Part shown: positions 11,078 through 21,275 of the stretch, in pieces
Position numbering within the stretch: position 1 is the stretch's first letter
Layout of the letters: the number at the start of each line of letters is the position of its first letter
Source of the DNA: Saprospiraceae bacterium
GTDB lineage: Bacteria; Bacteroidota; Bacteroidia; Chitinophagales; Saprospiraceae
Assembly: GCA_965277415.1 (NCBI GenBank)
Contig: CBDICS010000033.1
Span: 628 to 64,627, forward strand
Length of the DNA stretch: 64,000 bases
Direction: 5' to 3'
Made by a program: the position numbers and the translations under genes
The notes under the pieces: generated by a model
The model's input: the letters and a program-made list of their open reading frames with translations, nothing else
Told to the model about the DNA's origin: nothing
The model's database searches: none

Positions 11078-11308
11078 TGTTTTAAATTAAAAATCAAAAA
11101 ATACTATGGTTCCTATTAAGGGCACGGAATAAATAAAAAAGAGTTTTATTTATTCCTCGTCCCGAAAGTAGAGCTGCAAGTTAGAAGTTTCTAGTAATTT
11201 GCGTAAACTAACAAGCTTTTATTCTTAATTTGTGTCGGTTGTTAAACGCAAGAATCAAACTATAGATTCGAAGATTCGTAAATCTTTTATTCATCAAAAC
11301 ACTCAATT

Positions 11309-12145
11309 ATGACTACCTGTTTCCGATATATATTTACTATCCTTTTCTTTTGTTTAATAGGTTCTTGTGGAACTGAAAACAATGATACTGAAAAGTCATC
11401 TGACGGTATGGCAAAATTTACCAAAGATGAAAGATTCAAAGCAGCGCATGAAATACCTGAAGCCCTTGACTTTCTGGGTTCAGGAAAAATGATCACGTTT
11501 GAAACAGCAGATGGAGTACCAGGTAAAGCCTATGCGATTATCAATGACCTAAGTTCAAATAAAGCATTGTTTGTAATTCATGAATGGTGGGGGCTTAATG
11601 ACCATATCAAACAGGAAGCAGATCGGCTTTTTGAATCTTTAGAGGGTGTAAATGTTTTAGCACTTGATCTTTATGATGGTAAGGTAACAGATAAACCAGA
11701 TGATGCAGGGAAAATGATGCAAAGTGTAAAAGAGGAGCGATTGAATTCCATCATTAATGGTGCATTGGCTTATGTTGGCAAAGATGCTAAGGTTGGAACG
11801 ATTGGCTGGTGTTTTGGTGGAGGCTGGTCTTTAAAATCTTCAATTCTCGCTGGAGATCAAGGAGCTGGATGTGTAATGTATTATGGAATGCCTGTTTTAG
11901 AGCCTGCAAAATTAGCACCGATCAAAGCAAATGTACTTGGGCTTTTTGCTGAAAAAGATGGCTGGATCACTCCTGATATCGTTAATCAATTTGAATCAGT
12001 AATGAAAGCTATTGGTAAAGATGTAACAACAAAGCAATTTGATGCTGAACATGCTTTTGCCAATCCAAGTAGCCCTAGGTATAAAGAAAGTGCTGCTCAG
12101 GAAGCAAATGCTATGGCTTTAGATTTCCTAAAAAAGCGATTGTAA
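11309..12145 (+). CDS. dienelactone hydrolase family lipoprotein
   Basis: 278 aa. Lipobox-like LIGSCG and nucleophile elbow GWCFGG. Confidence 0.8.
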   Translation: MTTCFRYIFTILFFCLIGSCGTENNDTEKSSDGMAKFTKDERFKAAHEIPEALDFLGSGKMITFETADGVPGKAYAIINDLSSNKALFVIHEWWGLNDHIKQEADRLFESLEGVNVLALDLYDGKVTDKPDDAGKMMQSVKEERLNSIINGALAYVGKDAKVGTIGWCFGGGWSLKSSILAGDQGAGCVMYYGMPVLEPAKLAPIKANVLGLFAEKDGWITPDIVNQFESVMKAIGKDVTTKQFDAEHAFANPSSPRYKESAAQEANAMALDFLKKRL

Positions 12146-12213
12146 TTATAACAAGTATTAAAATTTAGGGACGAAGTATAAATAAGTTTCTTTGTCTCTA
12201 AATTTAAACCTTG

Positions 12214-13665
12214 TTAGTATTTCAAACACACATTTTTTGTTTCCGTGAAAAAGCGTAAAGCTTCGAGCCCGCCTTCTCGACCAACACCAGAATTTTTAAC
12301 TCCACCAAAAGGCGTTCGAAGATCTCGTAACAGCCAGCAGTTTACCCATACAATTCCTGCTTGAATGGATTCGGCAATCCGATTTGCTCTCGAAATATCT
12401 TTTGTCCAGACTGTTGCTGAAAGACCATATTCTGTACTATTGGCATATTTCAGAACTTCCTCTTCTGTATCGAAGGGTGTAATCGTAACAACTGGTCCAA
12501 AAATTTCTTCCTGATTCGTTCGACAATCATAAGATAATCCTTCTATAACAGATGGACGCAGAAAGTATCCGCCTTCAAAACCTCCTTTCATCTCTACCTG
12601 TTTACCGCCACAAAGAATCTTCCCCCCTTCGACTTCTGCCAGTGCTAAATAGCTTATCACCTTTTCCATATGCGCTTGAGAGACCATAGCTCCCAGGTCT
12701 GTTACGGACGCAAAAGGGTCACCTACTTTTAAAAAATTAGTCCTTTTTACAAATTCTTCTTTGAATTTTTCATAGATCGGCCGCTCCACATATATCCTTG
12801 AACCACAAAGGCAAATTTGACCATTATTTGCAAACGAAGAGCGAAGTGTTTCTACAATCATTTTATCAAAATCACAATCTGCAAATATGATATTCGGATT
12901 TTTTCCGCCAAGCTCAAGAGAAAGTTTTTTAAACATTGGCGCTGCTGTAGCTGCTATACTCCGTCCGGTATTCGTACCTCCTGTAAAAGAGATTGCTTTT
13001 ATTTTTGGATGAACAATAATTGCTTGCCCCGCTTTCGGCCCTGCTCCGTGGACAATATTTAATACACCTGGAGGAAGTCCAGCCTCAATACATGCTTTAG
13101 CCAAAAGGTAAGCCGTCATTGGAGTAACCTCTGATGGCTTCGCAACTACACAGTTTCCAGTAGCTAATGCTGGCGCAATCTTCCACGTAAATAGATATAA
13201 AGGAAGATTCCACGGAGAGATGCAACCGACGACACCAATAGGTTGACGAAGTGTAAAATTAACAGCTTCCCCTTCCATATGATGAGATTCAGAAGAAAAA
13301 TGCATGATTGCAGTAGCAAAAAATCGGATATTTTGATGTGCCCTTGGAATATCAATCGTAGTAGAAGTACTAATTGGTTTTCCAGAATCAATCGTTTCTG
13401 CTTGTGCAAACGCTTCTAGATTTTGTTCAATAATATCTGCAAGTCTAGCAAGAATTCTAAAACGCTTTTGAACACCTATTTTCGACCATTTAGGAAAGGC
13501 TCGCTCGGCAGCCTCATATGCTCGTTGAACATCATTCTCATCAGAATCCGGAATATGTGAATATACTTGTCCAATTGCAGGATTCGTATTATCTAAATAT
13601 GCCCCTGAAACAGCTGGAACTAGGGCACCGTCAATGTAGTTTTTTATATATTTATCGGGAGACAC
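12214..13665 (-). CDS. NAD(P)-dependent aldehyde dehydrogenase
   Basis: 483 aa with ELGGKNP and GQICLCGSR catalytic motifs. The start in the track is GTG. Confidence 0.9.
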   Translation of the reverse strand: MSPDKYIKNYIDGALVPAVSGAYLDNTNPAIGQVYSHIPDSDENDVQRAYEAAERAFPKWSKIGVQKRFRILARLADIIEQNLEAFAQAETIDSGKPISTSTTIDIPRAHQNIRFFATAIMHFSSESHHMEGEAVNFTLRQPIGVVGCISPWNLPLYLFTWKIAPALATGNCVVAKPSEVTPMTAYLLAKACIEAGLPPGVLNIVHGAGPKAGQAIIVHPKIKAISFTGGTNTGRSIAATAAPMFKKLSLELGGKNPNIIFADCDFDKMIVETLRSSFANNGQICLCGSRIYVERPIYEKFKEEFVKRTNFLKVGDPFASVTDLGAMVSQAHMEKVISYLALAEVEGGKILCGGKQVEMKGGFEGGYFLRPSVIEGLSYDCRTNQEEIFGPVVTITPFDTEEEVLKYANSTEYGLSATVWTKDISRANRIAESIQAGIVWVNCWLLRDLRTPFGGVKNSGVGREGGLEALRFFTETKNVCLKY

Positions 13666-14020
13666 AGCTTTCTTAATTTGGTTCAGCCTTTAAATTATAA
13701 AAAATTGGCAGAACTAGAGAAAAGAGTTCTTATTTAGTTATAGGAATTACAAGAAAAGGATTTTAGGAATTAATAAATGTGTTTATACTACCTGATTTAA
13801 GTTAAATCTAATCCTCGCTTTTTAAATTCCTTTTAGCGAATATGACATGTCGCTTAACGCTTATACATTCCATATTGCATCACCTTTCTTTATTAAGTAG
13901 TTTTATTCTATGCTTAGAAAAAATGTACTCTGATTAGTCATTTTTTGAGCATTCAATAATTTAATGGGGGAAGCCGAAAACCTAAATAAGAGTAGGCATA
14001 ATACTTAATTTATTCATGTT

Positions 14021-14746
14021 ATGAAAAGAACAAAAATTAATCATTATTTACGGCTTTTATCAATAGGGTTTATTCTCTCAGGTATGGTCATTACCCTTTC
14101 CAGTAAAGATGATGATATTGGAAATGATGGTCCTCCATGTGAGACACTTGCAGGAGATGACGCACGTATTCAAATCCTATTTGAGCCAACTGCTAACTTT
14201 GACCAATTTAGAGCACCAGGATTTGCAGGATTTATCCCCTCTCCTGATTTAAGATTTGGGGATGCTCCCGGTGGTTTTTTATTAGACAGAGATGAAGCTG
14301 ACGAATACTATTGCGTAGTAACCGTTACATCTCCTCAATGTGTTGATTGGATTTGGGAAGAGGCACTGACATTAGAAAACAGTAATGGAAATGGTAGAAT
14401 GGATATTAAGGTTCCACCAGATGGGTATGATACCAGAATTGAGGTAAAATATTATGAAATATCAGACTCTCCAGCAACGACTCAGAACTTCAATGTTCCG
14501 CTTAACGCTTCAAGAGTAATTTACTCTTTCGTACGCACCTATTTAGGTGCGCCAGGAATACCTCCACTCGCACCTGAACCTGTTTTTCTCGATGTAAGTG
14601 ACTTTGAAGAAATAGGTATTTTATGTGATGCAAACCCTTTTTTATGTGGTGATACGGATTGGGACATTGGAAAAGGGTCAGCCAATTTAGATGATGTACT
14701 CGATGACTATGAGAACATAAACACATTCATTCATAATCGACAATAA
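14021..14746 (+). CDS. hypothetical Cys-containing exported/anchored protein
   Basis: 241 aa with an N-terminal hydrophobic helix. First gene of a same-strand trio ending in the Lnt-like gene. Confidence 0.5.
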   Translation: MKRTKINHYLRLLSIGFILSGMVITLSSKDDDIGNDGPPCETLAGDDARIQILFEPTANFDQFRAPGFAGFIPSPDLRFGDAPGGFLLDRDEADEYYCVVTVTSPQCVDWIWEEALTLENSNGNGRMDIKVPPDGYDTRIEVKYYEISDSPATTQNFNVPLNASRVIYSFVRTYLGAPGIPPLAPEPVFLDVSDFEEIGILCDANPFLCGDTDWDIGKGSANLDDVLDDYENINTFIHNRQ

Positions 14747-14764
14747 CTTAAATATATACAGACA

Positions 14765-15589
14765 ATGAAATCTTATCTTTTTTTAATACTAATAACATCT
14801 ATTACGATTGTTTCTTGCCAACAAGGTGATAATTTAAATAGTTTAAATATAGAAGAAGCTACTGCCAATATAGAAAGTGGCAAAAATGCTGAATTATTTA
14901 AAAAAATGGAATATGTCATTAGCAGGAAAACAACTAATGGGTCTCTTCTTTTACAAAGCCAAAAAACGATTTCTCAAAATGTAGAAACAAAAAGTCTTAT
15001 TAGCCTCGAAAATAAATTAGACCCTCGATCTACTGACAATAAATCTTCAGGTAATCACCTAAGTCTAATTAACAATAATGGAAAGGTAATCTCAACACAA
15101 GGAAATGATCGATCACTAAATGATCAGGAATTGACTAATTTATTTGGGACAAACGTAGAGATTACTTCTGGTACGGCTAATACGGCTGGTACGGCTGGTA
15201 CGGCTAGATCTAATGAAACGGTATATATTCCAGATTTACTTTCAAGTGTCTCTTTTGATGGAGAAGTCTTAGAAGTAGGTAAAACCATTTCCTGGAATGT
15301 AGATGATCTAAATGAAAACGGCGTATTATTCTATATTTCTTATGACCCTAAAACTCAACTTAGCTTAAAAACAGCTTATGAGAATCAATATCGGGTAGTA
15401 GAAGCCTTTGCAATCAACGATGCTGTAGGTAGCTATACGTTGACTCAAGAGGACGTCGATCAATTTCCAGAAAACGCTGTACTTAATATCACACTTATGA
15501 GGGGTAATTTCAGTATTGACTCTAATGATGATGATCAATCCTTCATTGCCATTTCAGAGGCAACTTTATCTCGACCACTCGTCCGATAG
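14765..15589 (+). CDS. hypothetical lipoprotein
   Basis: 274 aa with lipobox ITIVSC. Contains the in-frame 9-bp tandem repeat. Its stop lies 2 nt before the next ATG. Confidence 0.55.
   Translation: MKSYLFLILITSITIVSCQQGDNLNSLNIEEATANIESGKNAELFKKMEYVISRKTTNGSLLLQSQKTISQNVETKSLISLENKLDPRSTDNKSSGNHLSLINNNGKVISTQGNDRSLNDQELTNLFGTNVEITSGTANTAGTAGTARSNETVYIPDLLSSVSFDGEVLEVGKTISWNVDDLNENGVLFYISYDPKTQLSLKTAYENQYRVVEAFAINDAVGSYTLTQEDVDQFPENAVLNITLMRGNFSIDSNDDDQSFIAISEATLSRPLVR
15170..15205 (+). repeat. 4 x 9-bp in-frame tandem repeat (ggtacggct / aatacggct)
   Basis: Read directly: ggtacggct aatacggct ggtacggct ggtacggct. It encodes GTANTAGTAGTA. Confidence 0.9.
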
Positions 15590-15591
15590 GT

Positions 15592-17058
15592 ATGATATTA
15601 AATACGATTAATACAATTAAAACCGATAAGCATTCCTTATCGGTTTTATATCGTATCTGTGAATTTATTATACTAAGTTTCAATGCTTTCATAGCTTGGA
15701 ATTTTTTTGGTCCATTGTTCATTTTAAATCTGGGATGGCTTTTTTTTCAATTATGGAATTCCATAAATAAGTTAAAACTGTGGGCAGATGTTTTAATATT
15801 TACAAGCAGTTGGATTATAGGAAGTCTTATTTGGATGATTAATCTAGATAAAGGAATCTATGCATTATTTATTTGTTTTTTTTGTTACTCTTTCTTTCTT
15901 CGATTAATTGTATGGGTTCAAAACAAAATGAAACTAAACGTATTTTTCTTAATACCATGTTGGCTTTCAATCGAATTTATCTTTAATTGGATGCCCATTT
16001 CATTTACCTGGCTTACATTAGGAAATTGTCTTAGTAATCAAGTTTGGCTTATCCCTTGGTATAGATTTACTGGAGTTCAAGGAGGAAGTTTGCTTATTCT
16101 ATTAAGTGCTTATGTAGTTATTCTCTATATTAAAACGAAAACGAAACCTTATTGGTTATTTCTAGGTATTCTCTTGTTTGCTATGATCCTGGTAGTCAAT
16201 CTTAATATTAATCAAACTACGAAAAAAATCACGGATGAAGAACGTTGCGTGGTCGTAACAAACCTTATACATTTTCCCAAAATACGCAATAAAGAAAGGT
16301 TTTTATCAAACATTTTAAGAGAGATCCCTAAAGATAGCGAAGCTCACTTATTATTACCTGAATTAACGATAAGAGGATTGGATAACAAAGGGTTTAAAAA
16401 ATCAAAAACATATAGGTTGTTAAAGAACGAAATGAAAAAGAGTAATTTTCGAAGCATTAGCCTAGGTACAACAGGTGTAAGGTCTAATGGTATTCTTGTC
16501 AACTCTGCTCTAAGTCTTGATCAAAAAGGAAATGTTTTTTATAAAAGAAAGAATCGTTTAGTGCCATATACAGAATATATTCCAAGCATATTTCATTCTT
16601 TTTTTTCTAAAAGTTTCTATGATTATGTATTTCCAGACGATAGCGAGGAGATAAAGTCATCACAAGAAATGAGTTTGCACATCTGTTACGAAGCATTTTA
16701 TCCATATTATATTACACATAAATCGCAAGGAGCACGTTTCATAGGATTACTTTCAAGTGAACGATTCATGAACAATAGTACATTGGGTAAAAAGCAGTAC
16801 AATAATATAATAAAACTTAGAGCAATTGAAAATAATATTCCTTTAGTAAAAAGTGCATTTGATGGTATTTCAATGATCATTTCTCCAATGGGAAATACAA
16901 TTTTAGCTAGTGATGAGCCCTTTACTTTTTTTAACTTTAGCATTCCCAAACAAGTGAGCAAAACTTGGTTTTCAAAATATGGAATTCATTGTATATGGAG
17001 TGTTATTTTCGTACTATTTGGATTAAGTTTTTGGATTAATTCAAAAGAAACTTTATAA
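15592..17058 (+). CDS. lnt: apolipoprotein N-acyltransferase-like (CN-hydrolase domain)
   Basis: 488 aa. Polytopic N-terminus. E-K-C triad contexts LLLPELT, KRKNRLVPYTEYIP and ICYEAFYP resemble Lnt. Confidence 0.7.
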   Translation: MILNTINTIKTDKHSLSVLYRICEFIILSFNAFIAWNFFGPLFILNLGWLFFQLWNSINKLKLWADVLIFTSSWIIGSLIWMINLDKGIYALFICFFCYSFFLRLIVWVQNKMKLNVFFLIPCWLSIEFIFNWMPISFTWLTLGNCLSNQVWLIPWYRFTGVQGGSLLILLSAYVVILYIKTKTKPYWLFLGILLFAMILVVNLNINQTTKKITDEERCVVVTNLIHFPKIRNKERFLSNILREIPKDSEAHLLLPELTIRGLDNKGFKKSKTYRLLKNEMKKSNFRSISLGTTGVRSNGILVNSALSLDQKGNVFYKRKNRLVPYTEYIPSIFHSFFSKSFYDYVFPDDSEEIKSSQEMSLHICYEAFYPYYITHKSQGARFIGLLSSERFMNNSTLGKKQYNNIIKLRAIENNIPLVKSAFDGISMIISPMGNTILASDEPFTFFNFSIPKQVSKTWFSKYGIHCIWSVIFVLFGLSFWINSKETL

Positions 17059-17284
17059 TCATAATTCCTAAGATACTTCCAATTGTCTTGACATCATAGG
17101 TCATCTTTACAGCCTGTTTAAAATTATTAACAGGGTACTATGTAATCGTTCTTTTGTGTTTACGGCCACCCTTGTATGACTATTGTAAAAAACGGAAACC
17201 ACTTCCAAAACTCGCTGCATAAACTACTGCTGCAACACAATTATGATGGTTTATTTTTTGAACGAACTCTGGCAGGTAACTACA

Positions 17285-17355
17285 GTGATTCCTTGGACAA
17301 TCCCTTCGCTTTTAATCAAACTTCGAAATCTTGTGAGGCCTTGCTTTTAGCATCC
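17285..17355 (+). repeat. GTGAT-unit intergenic repeat, copy R3
   Basis: 17330..17355 (cttgtgaggccttgcttttagcatcc) matches 27775..27800 at 24/26. The gtgattccttgga part resembles 20080..20097. Confidence 0.7.
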
Positions 17356-17379
17356 ACACAAATTTTTTATTGCTCCGTT

Positions 17380-18381
17380 TTAAAGCGTACCGTTATTCTC
17401 TCGATATACTGTGGCAAGCACTGTTTGGCCAACTGCTCGTAGTGTTCTTTTATCAATATTACTCATATCATCACATTGCGTATGCCAACATTTTGTAAAT
17501 CCGGTTTCAGAACCTTCTGGCTTATTGATAATATCAATAGTCGGAATTCGGGCGATTCGATTGATAAATAAATGGTCATCAATAATAGGTTTTGTTTTCT
17601 CTTCATCAAAATAAGTACTATACCCCATTCCTTGTCCAAGTTTCCAGACTTTACGCATCAATGTAGGCGCTACAGACATAGATATTTCTTCCATCGTAAA
17701 CCTAGCATTACTTGCGCCGACCATATCTAAGAGAATTCCATATTTAGCTTTATAACCAGGTTTATGCAAGTTTTTTGCCCAATGTTGTGAACCTAAACAC
17801 CAAGAGGTGTAATCTTCAGACTGACTTTCGCCATAATCTTCCAAGTCAAAGAAAATAATATCTACACCAAGGTCAATTGGCGTTTGTTGAAGGTGTCTGG
17901 CAATTTCCATCAGAACGCCAACTCCACTTCCTCCATCATCGGCACCTAATACTGGTTTAGTTTTATTTTCTTCAAGGGGATCATGGTCAGAAATATGTCT
18001 ACTATCCCAATGCGCACAAAGTAGGATACGAATGGGATTTTCAGGATTGTATTGTGCTATGATATTTGTTCCTCGTAATTCTTCACCGGTATAAGCTGTC
18101 GCTTTAAAATCTTGCTCAATTACATCTGCACCCAATGTTTTCATTTTATCAACCATCCAATTTTTGCAAGCTGTATGTTCTGCTGTATTAGGAACTCGAG
18201 GTCCAAACTCTGTTTGCTTAAGCACGTAATTATAAGCAGAATCACGTTCAAATTTCGGAATTCTAACTTCCTCCTTAGGTGTAGTAATTACAGGAGGCTT
18301 CGTCGTTTTGTCGTCTTTACAATTCGTACAAGCAAAAACAAGAAGTGAAGCAAAAACAAGAAATCGGAATTTATTAAACAT
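17380..18381 (-). CDS. M28-family lipoprotein, glutaminyl-peptide cyclotransferase-like
   Basis: 333 aa. Lipobox VFAC. Metal-site contexts CAHWDSR, DDGGSGVGVLMEIAR and FFDLEDYG. Confidence 0.7.
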   Translation of the reverse strand: MFNKFRFLVFASLLVFACTNCKDDKTTKPPVITTPKEEVRIPKFERDSAYNYVLKQTEFGPRVPNTAEHTACKNWMVDKMKTLGADVIEQDFKATAYTGEELRGTNIIAQYNPENPIRILLCAHWDSRHISDHDPLEENKTKPVLGADDGGSGVGVLMEIARHLQQTPIDLGVDIIFFDLEDYGESQSEDYTSWCLGSQHWAKNLHKPGYKAKYGILLDMVGASNARFTMEEISMSVAPTLMRKVWKLGQGMGYSTYFDEEKTKPIIDDHLFINRIARIPTIDIINKPEGSETGFTKCWHTQCDDMSNIDKRTLRAVGQTVLATVYRENNGTL

Positions 18382-18420
18382 AATTTTTTTTAAAATCTAC
18401 AAAAAGATAATTTGAAATTT

Positions 18421-19923
18421 TTATTCTCTCACCCAGGTTGTTCCATCTTTACCATCTTTTAACTGGATCTTTAAGGCCGTCAGCGTATCTCTAATTTTAT
18501 CAGATGTCCCCCAATCCTTGTTCGTTCGGGCATGCTGCCGGATATCAATAATCAAATCCATCAGCCCATCGAGTGCTCCATCTTTTTGATCGCCATGGAC
18601 TTCATCACTAAGACCAAATATATCATAAATAAATACTTGAAATGTACTCTTTAATCGATCAAGTGTATAAACAGTAATATCCTTAAAAGAAAGGTGTCCA
18701 TCTTTTAATCCATTGACTTTTGGTACAAGTTCAAACAACCTGGCTAATGCTTTTGGTGTATTAAAGTCATCATTCATTTCTTGGAATACAAGATCAATGA
18801 GTTCATTAATTTCTTTGTCTAAGTCACCTTCTGATCCATCTCCTGAAAATTGTAAAGCCTGAAGGGTTTTATTGCCTTCCATTAATCTTTTATATCCTTT
18901 TTCCGCAGCTAATAATGCTTCGTCTGTAAGGTCCAATGTACTTCGATAATGAGATTGAAGCATAAAGAATCGAAGCATCATTGGGCTGTATCCTTTAGAA
19001 ATGTGAGGACTATCACCTGTGAATAGTTGCTGAGGAGTGATGGAATTATCTTCACTTTTCGACATCTTTCGACCGTTCATCAAAAGCATATTGGTATGCA
19101 ACCAATAATTAGCTGGAGCACATCCACATGCTCCATGGTTTTGAGCGACCTCATTTTCATGATGCGGGAATTTCAAGTCGTTCCCTCCTCCATGAATATC
19201 AAATGTCTTCCCTAGATACTTAGTACTCATTGCACTACATTCAAGGTGCCAACCAGGGAAACCTACGGACCAGGGAGAATCCCAATGCATCAGATGAGTC
19301 GGAGCTGCTTTGATCCAAATAGCAAAATCTGCAGGATGATTTTTCTCATCTTGATTTTTTAAGTCGTCTCTTGATTCTGCTATTAGTTCTTCAATTACTC
19401 TTCCTGATAGTTTTCCATAGACATCATTTTCTTTGGCAAATTTGATGGTATCAAAATACACTGAACCATTTTTCACATAAGCATAACCATTCTTGATGAT
19501 ATCTTGTACCATTTCTATTTGTTCAATAATATGCCCCGTTGCCCGAGGTTCAATACTAGGAGGAAGCGTATTAAAAATATTCATCATTTTATGAAAACCA
19601 TTCATATACTTTTGAACGACCTCCATAGGTTCTAATTGTTCTAATCTTGCTTTCTCAGCAATTTTATCTTCTCCTCCTGTATCAACATCTCCAACTAAAT
19701 GTCCAACATCAGTAATATTTCGAACATATCTAACTTGATATCCGAGGTACATCAGATAGCGATAAATAATATCAAAACTTACAAAAGTTCGACAGTTGCC
19801 TAAATGTACATCACTATATACAGTAGGACCACAAACGTACATCCCTATTCTACCTTCGTTAATAGGCTTGAATACCTCTTTTTTCCTTTTTAAACTATTA
19901 TAAACCTGAAGTGTATGATCCAT
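18421..19923 (-). CDS. cysS: cysteine--tRNA ligase
   Basis: HLGN (HIGH-type) and KMSKS motifs. I prefer the start [10 protein letters not shown] at 19923 over the track start at 19974. Confidence 0.95.
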   Translation of the reverse strand: MDHTLQVYNSLKRKKEVFKPINEGRIGMYVCGPTVYSDVHLGNCRTFVSFDIIYRYLMYLGYQVRYVRNITDVGHLVGDVDTGGEDKIAEKARLEQLEPMEVVQKYMNGFHKMMNIFNTLPPSIEPRATGHIIEQIEMVQDIIKNGYAYVKNGSVYFDTIKFAKENDVYGKLSGRVIEELIAESRDDLKNQDEKNHPADFAIWIKAAPTHLMHWDSPWSVGFPGWHLECSAMSTKYLGKTFDIHGGGNDLKFPHHENEVAQNHGACGCAPANYWLHTNMLLMNGRKMSKSEDNSITPQQLFTGDSPHISKGYSPMMLRFFMLQSHYRSTLDLTDEALLAAEKGYKRLMEGNKTLQALQFSGDGSEGDLDKEINELIDLVFQEMNDDFNTPKALARLFELVPKVNGLKDGHLSFKDITVYTLDRLKSTFQVFIYDIFGLSDEVHGDQKDGALDGLMDLIIDIRQHARTNKDWGTSDKIRDTLTALKIQLKDGKDGTTWVRE

Positions 19924-20055
19924 TAATATAAACTTTGTTTGTTTTAGAACATGTTGAAACAAAAAGATTATCAAAAGATAGGCGCAAAATTACATAATTT
20001 CTGTATTCAATGCTTTTGTAATAGAAATTTGTATAAAATCATTTTTGCTCCTTGG

Positions 20056-20164
20056 GTGATCGCTTTGCTAGTGGTGTTGTGATTGTTCCTTTGGAACTAG
20101 TAATTTAGTGATCGCTTCGCTTGTGATCGACCTTCGGTCTTGTGATGGTTTGCTTTTAGTATGC
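20056..20164 (+). repeat. GTGAT-unit intergenic repeat, copy R1
   Basis: 20107..20146 matches 27721..27760 at 38/40. A string of gtgat-initiated 15-20-nt units ends in tgcttttagtatgc. Confidence 0.8.
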
Positions 20165-20198
20165 TCACAAAATTATACTTATAATGCATTTCTTGTTT

Positions 20199-21245
20199 CT
20201 ACAGTTCCAGAACTGTCAAGACTGGATAATGATCCGAATGTTTTTCTTTAAATATAGTACAGTTTAAGACTTTCAAGCTTGGATCCGAAAGGATGTAATC
20301 AATTCGGAGGGCTGGTATACTTCCTGCATAAGTAGTACCAAATCCAAAACCTTTTTGTTGAAAGCTATCATTTAAATTTTCAGAGAGTAATTTATAAATA
20401 TAAGATTGAGGGGTTTCATTAAAGTCTCCACAGAGCACTATGGGATGAGGGCTTTTTTGGATATGATCCCGTACTTTTTCTGCCTGATCTACTCGAATCT
20501 TTGAATTATGCCTGAATTTACCAAAGACTCCTTTAATATCTGACCAAGTTTCTTTTTCTTTTATATCACCAGAAGCAATAATTTGTTCTGTTTCTGTGCT
20601 TACTCGATTAGATTTTAAATGTAAACTATACACTCTGATCGTTTTATCCTTAACCTTAATATCAGCCCATACACATGAATTTGCTTTGGTTGTAAATGCT
20701 ATTTCCCCAACATTCATTATCGGAAAATTAGATAATATTGCAGTACCCACATATGGGATTTTATGCTGATACTCAAACCCAAGTTTATCAGGTACTAATT
20801 GAGCCTTTGTGCTGTTGACTTCCTGTATACATAGAATATCTAAATCTCCTTTTTGATTAATAAACTTCGAAAATTGTTGCACATTATCTAAATGCTCTTC
20901 TTTGCTTTTTGCTGCCAAAAAACCAAAGCCCGAAGTATTAAAAGAAAGTATACTAATAGATTCTTCTCTCGGGCTAGAATTGATAATACTCAAACCAATA
21001 AAGTTTGTAAAATGATTCCATCCAAGTAGAATACAAGCAGCAGAAAACAGAAAGTATCGTTTTTTTGCTATCATCCAGAAAGCGACAAAAAACAAATTGG
21101 AAAATAATAACCACGGATATATGATTCCAAAAAAATTGATCCAAGAAAAAGATTTAGGATTAATAAAAGGCGATAGGTAAGCTAAAAAAGTCACTAGTAT
21201 CAATAATAGATTAAACCATCTGAATGTTGTATAAAATCTTTTCAT
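20199..21245 (-). CDS. membrane-anchored endonuclease/exonuclease/phosphatase family protein
   Basis: 348 aa with N-terminal TM helices and a C-terminal SDHYPV motif. Confidence 0.75.
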   Translation of the reverse strand: MKRFYTTFRWFNLLLILVTFLAYLSPFINPKSFSWINFFGIIYPWLLFSNLFFVAFWMIAKKRYFLFSAACILLGWNHFTNFIGLSIINSSPREESISILSFNTSGFGFLAAKSKEEHLDNVQQFSKFINQKGDLDILCIQEVNSTKAQLVPDKLGFEYQHKIPYVGTAILSNFPIMNVGEIAFTTKANSCVWADIKVKDKTIRVYSLHLKSNRVSTETEQIIASGDIKEKETWSDIKGVFGKFRHNSKIRVDQAEKVRDHIQKSPHPIVLCGDFNETPQSYIYKLLSENLNDSFQQKGFGFGTTYAGSIPALRIDYILSDPSLKVLNCTIFKEKHSDHYPVLTVLEL

Positions 21246-21275
21246 AGTGCTCCTTAACTCTATTTACAACATACT

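Noticed and set aside
17176-17442. An 88-aa plus-strand ORF between the Lnt-like gene and the M28 gene.
   Set aside because: It overlaps repeat copy R3 and the 3' end of the well-supported M28 peptidase gene. Its composition is not protein-like.
20056-20164. The possibility that the GTGAT-unit repeats are a degenerate CRISPR array.
   Set aside because: The units are 15-20 nt, irregular and directly abutting without spacers. No cas genes are present in the window.
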